Shown here: positions 11,138 through 14,560 of the stretch, in pieces
Layout of the letters: each line of letters begins with the position of its first letter
Numbering within the stretch: the stretch's first letter is position 1
Virus record (IMG/VR): IMGVR_UViG_2681813225_000010
Location: 1-14,560 of that record
Strand: one strand, 5' to 3'
Length of the DNA stretch: 14,560 bases
From: a virus
Lineage: Duplodnaviria; Heunggongvirae; Uroviricota; Caudoviricetes
Position numbers and translations under genes: made by a program
Notes under the pieces: generated by a model
Databases searched by the model: none
The model's input: the letters and a program-made list of their open reading frames with translations, nothing else
What the model was told of the DNA's origin: nothing

Positions 11138-11341
11138 ACATGTAGGTTAGCCTCTTACGTGCCGAAAGGCAAGGAGAAGCAGGCTATGAAGCAGCAAAAG
11201 GCGATGTTAATCGCCCTGATCGTCATCTGTTTAACCGTCATAGTGACGGCACTGGTAACGAGGAAAGACCTCTGCGAGGTGCGAATCCGAACCGGTCAGA
11301 CGGAGGTCGCTGTCTTCGTAGACTACGAATCTGAGAAGTAA
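11129..11341 (+). CDS. mok: Mok (modulation of killing) reading frame, an in-frame N-terminal extension of hok
   Basis: ATG at 11129 with GAGG 8 nt upstream. The N-terminus MLNTCR... resembles chromosomal mokC as I recall it; the frame continues through hok. Confidence 0.55.
   Translation: MLNTCRLASYVPKGKEKQAMKQQKAMLIALIVICLTVIVTALVTRKDLCEVRIRTGQTEVAVFVDYESEK
11186..11341 (+). CDS. hok: Hok/Gef-family type I toxin (51 aa membrane peptide)
   Basis: MKQQKAMLIALIVICLTVIVTALVTRKDLCEVRIRTGQTEVAVFVDYESEK has a TM segment followed by the conserved TRK(D/S)LCE...REVAAF-like C-terminal region of Hok/Gef toxins. AAGGAG lies 9 nt upstream of the ATG. Confidence 0.85.
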   Translation: MKQQKAMLIALIVICLTVIVTALVTRKDLCEVRIRTGQTEVAVFVDYESEK

Positions 11342-11348
11342 GAGACCA

Positions 11349-11407
11349 GGCGGGGGAGTAATCTCCCGCCACCTCTGATGTGTCAGGCATCCTCAACGCA
11401 CCCGCGC
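11349..11407 (+). promoter_or_regulatory. hok mRNA 3' structure: GC-rich terminal stem-loop plus an fbi-like element complementary to the mRNA 5' end
   Basis: Stem-loop GGCGGGGG-AGUAAU-CUCCCGCC at 11349-11370. The 3' segment CCTCAACGCACCCGC (11391-11405) is complementary to GCGGGTGCTTGAGG (11015-11028), giving 8 bp + 6 bp with one bulge. Confidence 0.55.
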
Positions 11408-11460
11408 TTTACCATACTGAAAATGCTGTTTGAATGTTCATCTCTGAAAGAGGACTATGA

Positions 11461-11805
11461 ATGAAAAAGGTATTGATTGCAGCACTTATTTCCGGTGTGT
11501 CTTTTGGCGCTTTTGCACAGCAGGGTGGTTTCCAGGGGCCAGAAGCAGAGCGTTCAACAGTAGCGCAGGCAAAAGAACTGAAGGATGATGCATGGGTTAT
11601 CCTTGAAGGGAGCATCGTTAAAAAAGTGGGTGATGAACGTTATGAGTTTCGTGACAATAGCGGGACAATTGTCACGGATATTGATGACAGCGTATGGGCC
11701 GGGCAGAATGTTTCTCCGAAAGACAAAGTAAGAATTGAGGGTGAAATTGATAAAGACCTGAGCAGTGTTGAAGTTGATGTAAAGGCACTGAAATTATTAA
11801 AGTAA
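11461..11805 (+). CDS. YgiW/YdeI-family (BOF, bacterial OB-fold, DUF388) periplasmic protein with signal peptide
   Basis: Signal peptide MKKVLIAALISGVSFGAFAQQ and clear similarity to YgiW-type proteins (QGGFQGP..., TIVTDIDD..., VEVDVK). AAAGAGGA lies 6 nt upstream. Followed by its own terminator. Confidence 0.85.
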   Translation: MKKVLIAALISGVSFGAFAQQGGFQGPEAERSTVAQAKELKDDAWVILEGSIVKKVGDERYEFRDNSGTIVTDIDDSVWAGQNVSPKDKVRIEGEIDKDLSSVEVDVKALKLLK

Positions 11806-11821
11806 CCGCCCCTGCTTGTTA

Positions 11822-11848
11822 AGCCCGTCTTACTGACGGGTTTTCTGT
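11822..11848 (+). terminator. Rho-independent terminator after the BOF gene
   Basis: Stem CCCGTC/GACGGG (11824-11829 and 11835-11840) with a 5-nt loop, followed by TTTTCTGTTT. Confidence 0.6.
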
Positions 11849-11926
11849 TTGTACATTCCGGCGTATTGCCTTACAATTCGCGCAGTCAGCCTGAACAACT
11901 GACACCTGCTGTCACCGGAGAATCCG

Positions 11927-12199
11927 ATGACACAACACATAAAATCCCACAATTCTGAAGCCGACCCGGAAATTAAGCAGGGGAGGCGTTTTCGTGCGCC
12001 TCAGTATGGCTGGTTTCACTATCTGTTCTGTACGATCGATGAGGCAGATATGCTTCAAGAGGCGTATCTGCGTCGCGGTGTCCGTGTGGAGCTGAGTCTG
12101 AACGCTGATCGTCTGACCTGGACCGTTTCTGTATATCTTCCTGTTCGTGCACATTTGCCACGGACACATGCCTGCTACCGTCAGCGCGTCTGGAGGTAA
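11927..12199 (+). CDS. Hypothetical phage protein (90 aa), first gene of a coupled pair
   Basis: ATG at 11927 with GGAG 6 nt upstream. Its stop TAA (12197-12199) sits just upstream of the GTG start of the next gene. Confidence 0.5.
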   Translation: MTQHIKSHNSEADPEIKQGRRFRAPQYGWFHYLFCTIDEADMLQEAYLRRGVRVELSLNADRLTWTVSVYLPVRAHLPRTHACYRQRVWR

Positions 12200-12200
12200 T

Positions 12201-13250
12201 GTGCGGGTATTACTTCGACCTGTTCTGGTTCCGGAACTCGGGCTGGTGGTCCTTAAGCCCGGTCGTGAATCATTGCCAGTTTTTCATCGCGGCAGGGTGC
12301 TGGTGGAGCCGGAACCGAAAAACATGCGGGCGCTGCCATCTGGAGCGGTTCCTACTGTTCGCCAGCCGCTGGCGGAAGATAAATCACTGCTGCCATTTTT
12401 CAGCGATGAGCGGGTGATTCGTGCAGCTGGCGGCGCTGGTGCACTGTCTGACTGGTTATTACGTCACGTGAAATCCTGCCAGTGGCCACACGGCGATTAT
12501 CATCACAGCGAAACCGTTATTCACAGTTACGGTGCTGGCGCAATGGTGTTGTGCTGGCACTGCGACAACCAGCTGCGCGACCAGACCTCCGAATCACTTG
12601 AGCAACTTACTCAACAAAATCTGACAGCCTGGATGATTGACGTCATACGCCATGTAATGAATGGCACGCAGGAGCGGGAATTATCGCTGGCTGAATTATC
12701 CTGGTGGGCAGTCTGCAATCAGGTGGTGGACGCATTACCTGAGGCAGTATCGCGTCGCTCTCTGGGATTACCGGCGGAAAAAATCCGCTCCGTATACCGT
12801 GAAAGCGACATCATACCGGGAGAACAGACCGCCACCAGCATACTGAAGCAGCGCACAAAAAATATTGCGCTACCGCCTCACACCCACCAGCAACAGAACC
12901 CACCACAGGAAAAGACGGTGGTCAGCATTGCCGTTGATCCGGAGTCTCCGGAATCCTTCATGAAACGACCTAAACGTCGCCGCTGGGTAAATGAGAAATA
13001 CACACGCTGGGTAAAGACACAGCCGTGTGCGTGTTGTGGTAAGCCAGCGGACGATCCTCATCATCTGATTGGTCATGGTCAGGGCGGAATGGGAACAAAA
13101 TCCCACGATATTTTCACGCTACCGCTGTGTCGGGAGCATCACAACGAGCTTCATGCGGATCCGCTGGCGTTCGAAGAAAAGCATGGTTCCCAGGTTGATT
13201 TAATTTTTCGTTTTCTTGATCACGCCTTTGCAACCGGCGTGCTCGGGTAA
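12201..13250 (+). CDS. DUF968-like phage protein with a C-terminal zinc-finger/HNH-like motif (nin-region protein)
   Basis: ORF track gives 12147..13250. I favour the GTG at 12201, 4 nt after a GGAGG motif and just past the upstream stop. C-terminus: CACCGKPADDPHHLIGHG...LCREHHNELH (Cys pairs and HH pairs as in HNH-type folds). Immediately precedes rusA. Confidence 0.65.
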   Translation: MRVLLRPVLVPELGLVVLKPGRESLPVFHRGRVLVEPEPKNMRALPSGAVPTVRQPLAEDKSLLPFFSDERVIRAAGGAGALSDWLLRHVKSCQWPHGDYHHSETVIHSYGAGAMVLCWHCDNQLRDQTSESLEQLTQQNLTAWMIDVIRHVMNGTQERELSLAELSWWAVCNQVVDALPEAVSRRSLGLPAEKIRSVYRESDIIPGEQTATSILKQRTKNIALPPHTHQQQNPPQEKTVVSIAVDPESPESFMKRPKRRRWVNEKYTRWVKTQPCACCGKPADDPHHLIGHGQGGMGTKSHDIFTLPLCREHHNELHADPLAFEEKHGSQVDLIFRFLDHAFATGVLG

Positions 13251-13262
13251 AAGAGGTTACTG

Positions 13263-13622
13263 ATGCGTATAGAGTTTGTTTTGCCTTACCCGCCGACGGT
13301 GAACACCTACTGGCGACGTCGTGGCAGCACATATTTTGTATCAAAAGCCGGTGAGCGTTATCGCCGGGATGTGGCACTTATTGTTCGCCAGCAGCGGCTG
13401 AAATTAAACCTGTCCGGAAGGCTGGCGATAAAGATTATTGCAGAGCCACCGGATAAGCGCCGTCGTGACCTGGACAATATCCTGAAAGCACCACTGGATG
13501 CGCTGACGCATGCCGGACTTCTCATAGACGACGAGCAGTTTGATGAAATCAATATTGTGCGCGGCCAGCTCGTTTCTGGTGGGCGGCTGGGCGTGAAGAT
13601 TTACAAAATTGAAAGTGAGTGA
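13263..13622 (+). CDS. rusA: RusA Holliday-junction resolvase (crossover junction endodeoxyribonuclease)
   Basis: Similarity to RusA as I recall it: PDRRRRDLDNLQKA in the reference versus PDKRRRDLDNILKA here, plus a GGRL motif near the C-terminus. AAAGAGG lies 5 nt upstream of the ATG. Confidence 0.9.
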   Translation: MRIEFVLPYPPTVNTYWRRRGSTYFVSKAGERYRRDVALIVRQQRLKLNLSGRLAIKIIAEPPDKRRRDLDNILKAPLDALTHAGLLIDDEQFDEINIVRGQLVSGGRLGVKIYKIESE

Positions 13623-13630
13623 GCATAAAT

Positions 13631-14185
13631 ATGATATACTCGGAAATTACAGGCAAAAGCGGTGAGCATTTACGCCTGAAAACGCTGGAAAGTGTCTGGA
13701 TCCAGGGGAAACTGCGTATGTGGGGGCGTTGGTCGTATATTGGCGACGGTAAGACGGGAAATATGTTCAACCAATTACTGACCTCTAAAAAGCTGACAAA
13801 AACGGCAATTAACGAGGCGCTCCGGAGGATGAAAAAAGCGGGTCTGGACAAACCTGAACTTGAGGCTTTTTTGTGGGATATGATCAACGGCAATCAAAAA
13901 AGCTGGCTGGCACATTGTACCGATTCAGAGGCGTTAATAATCGACAGGGTTATTGGTGAAGTACTGGCAGGTTATCCCGGGCTGCTCAATGTTCTGAGTC
14001 AGCGTTATGTGGGGCGGGGGATGACTAAGCGCAAAATGGCTGAACTGCTGAATGATGCACATCCGGAATGGAGTTTAAGAACCTGTGAAAGACGCATTGA
14101 GCATTGGCTAAAGGTGGCAGAATTTATTTTGTACAAACCAATGGTTATGGCTTTTGGTATAGATAAAAAAGTTATTGCTTTTTGA
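13631..14185 (+). CDS. Putative late-gene antiterminator Q-like protein (phage 82 / QuuD-type family)
   Basis: Position after rusA and immediately before a promoter-like region and a strong terminator (the PR'-tR' arrangement). Weak motif resemblance to QuuD-type proteins from memory (W-G-x-W, LLTSK, YVGRGMT). The start is ambiguous: the GTG at 13619 overlaps the rusA stop, the ATG at 13631 is in frame. Confidence 0.55.
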   Translation: MIYSEITGKSGEHLRLKTLESVWIQGKLRMWGRWSYIGDGKTGNMFNQLLTSKKLTKTAINEALRRMKKAGLDKPELEAFLWDMINGNQKSWLAHCTDSEALIIDRVIGEVLAGYPGLLNVLSQRYVGRGMTKRKMAELLNDAHPEWSLRTCERRIEHWLKVAEFILYKPMVMAFGIDKKVIAF

Positions 14186-14263
14186 CGTAAAAACTGCTTC
14201 AATTCCGGTACGCTTCGCAAAGCTGTACCGCGAGGCGAATAGCAGACATGGACATTTGAAAGA

Positions 14264-14288
14264 GCCCGCTTTTTGCGGGTTTTTTTAT
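14264..14288 (+). terminator. Strong Rho-independent terminator (tR'-like) downstream of the Q-like gene
   Basis: Stem GCCCGC/GCGGGT (14264-14269 and 14275-14280) with a TTTTT loop, followed by a 6-7 T run (14280-14286). Confidence 0.65.
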
Positions 14289-14409
14289 GACTGAAAAACG
14301 GCACGGGGCGTTAAATGCGCTGGTGGTTGCGAATACCGGTCTTTCTGCTTGCTGGCTTTTTGGACAAGAGTTATTGGTGTGTCACGTTAACCGGAAAGGG
14401 TAAAAAGAC

Positions 14410-14560
14410 ATGCTGAAACAGCAGGATATGACAGAAACCGCCAGAGTTGTGTTTGATGAATTAAGTGCCACCGAACCGGCGACAGTCGGGGAGATTGCAC
14501 AGAATACGTACCTTTCACGCGAACGCTGCCAGCTAATACTGACCCAGCTTGTTATGGCGG
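14410..14560 (+). CDS. 5' part of an ORF running off the window end; product has a winged-helix-like segment
   Basis: ATG at 14410 with a GGAAAGGG purine tract about 9 nt upstream. Translation MLKQQDMTETARVVFDELSATEPATVGEIAQNTYLSRERCQLILTQLVMA... is open to the window edge. Confidence 0.3.
   Translation, partial: MLKQQDMTETARVVFDELSATEPATVGEIAQNTYLSRERCQLILTQLVMA

Noticed and set aside
10911-11141. 76-aa minus-strand ORF overlapping the hok leader region
   Set aside because: Pro-rich translation with no RBS; the region is better explained by the hok mRNA 5' leader and the antisense Sok-like RNA.
12147-12417. ATG at 12147 as start of the DUF968-like protein, and 72-aa ORF 12199..12417
   Set aside because: The ATG at 12147 has no RBS and would overlap the 90-aa gene by 52 nt; the GTG at 12201 has a GGAGG 4 nt upstream. 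The 12199 ORF is an alternative frame inside the same gene.

Overview
Enterobacterial (E. coli-like) chromosome segment in two parts. Positions 1-5322 are core backbone: the 5' 1,275 codons of an intimin/invasin-type inverse autotransporter (yeeJ-like, minus strand), tRNA-Asn (minus), mtfA (minus) and tRNA-Ser(CGA) serU (plus). Positions 5323-14560 are a degraded lambdoid (Rac-like) prophage inserted at the serU 3' end. It has an integrase reduced to a C-terminal fragment, no cI/cro immunity region, and an intact-looking replication module (YdaT-like, O-like initiator with two internal iteron arrays, DnaC-like loader). An accessory block follows: three translationally coupled small genes, a DUF551-like protein, a coupled 27-codon membrane-peptide ORF, a complete hok/mok type I toxin locus with 5'-3' mRNA pairing, and a YgiW/BOF-family periplasmic protein. 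The window ends with nin-type genes (HNH-like protein, RusA), a phage-82-type Q-like antiterminator and a tR'-like terminator. The best candidates for anything undescribed are the uncharacterised small-gene block at 9182-10975 (including a strongly acidic 103-aa protein) and its coupling to the hok locus; I cannot assign them a function from sequence alone. Family assignments are from recalled motifs, not searches.
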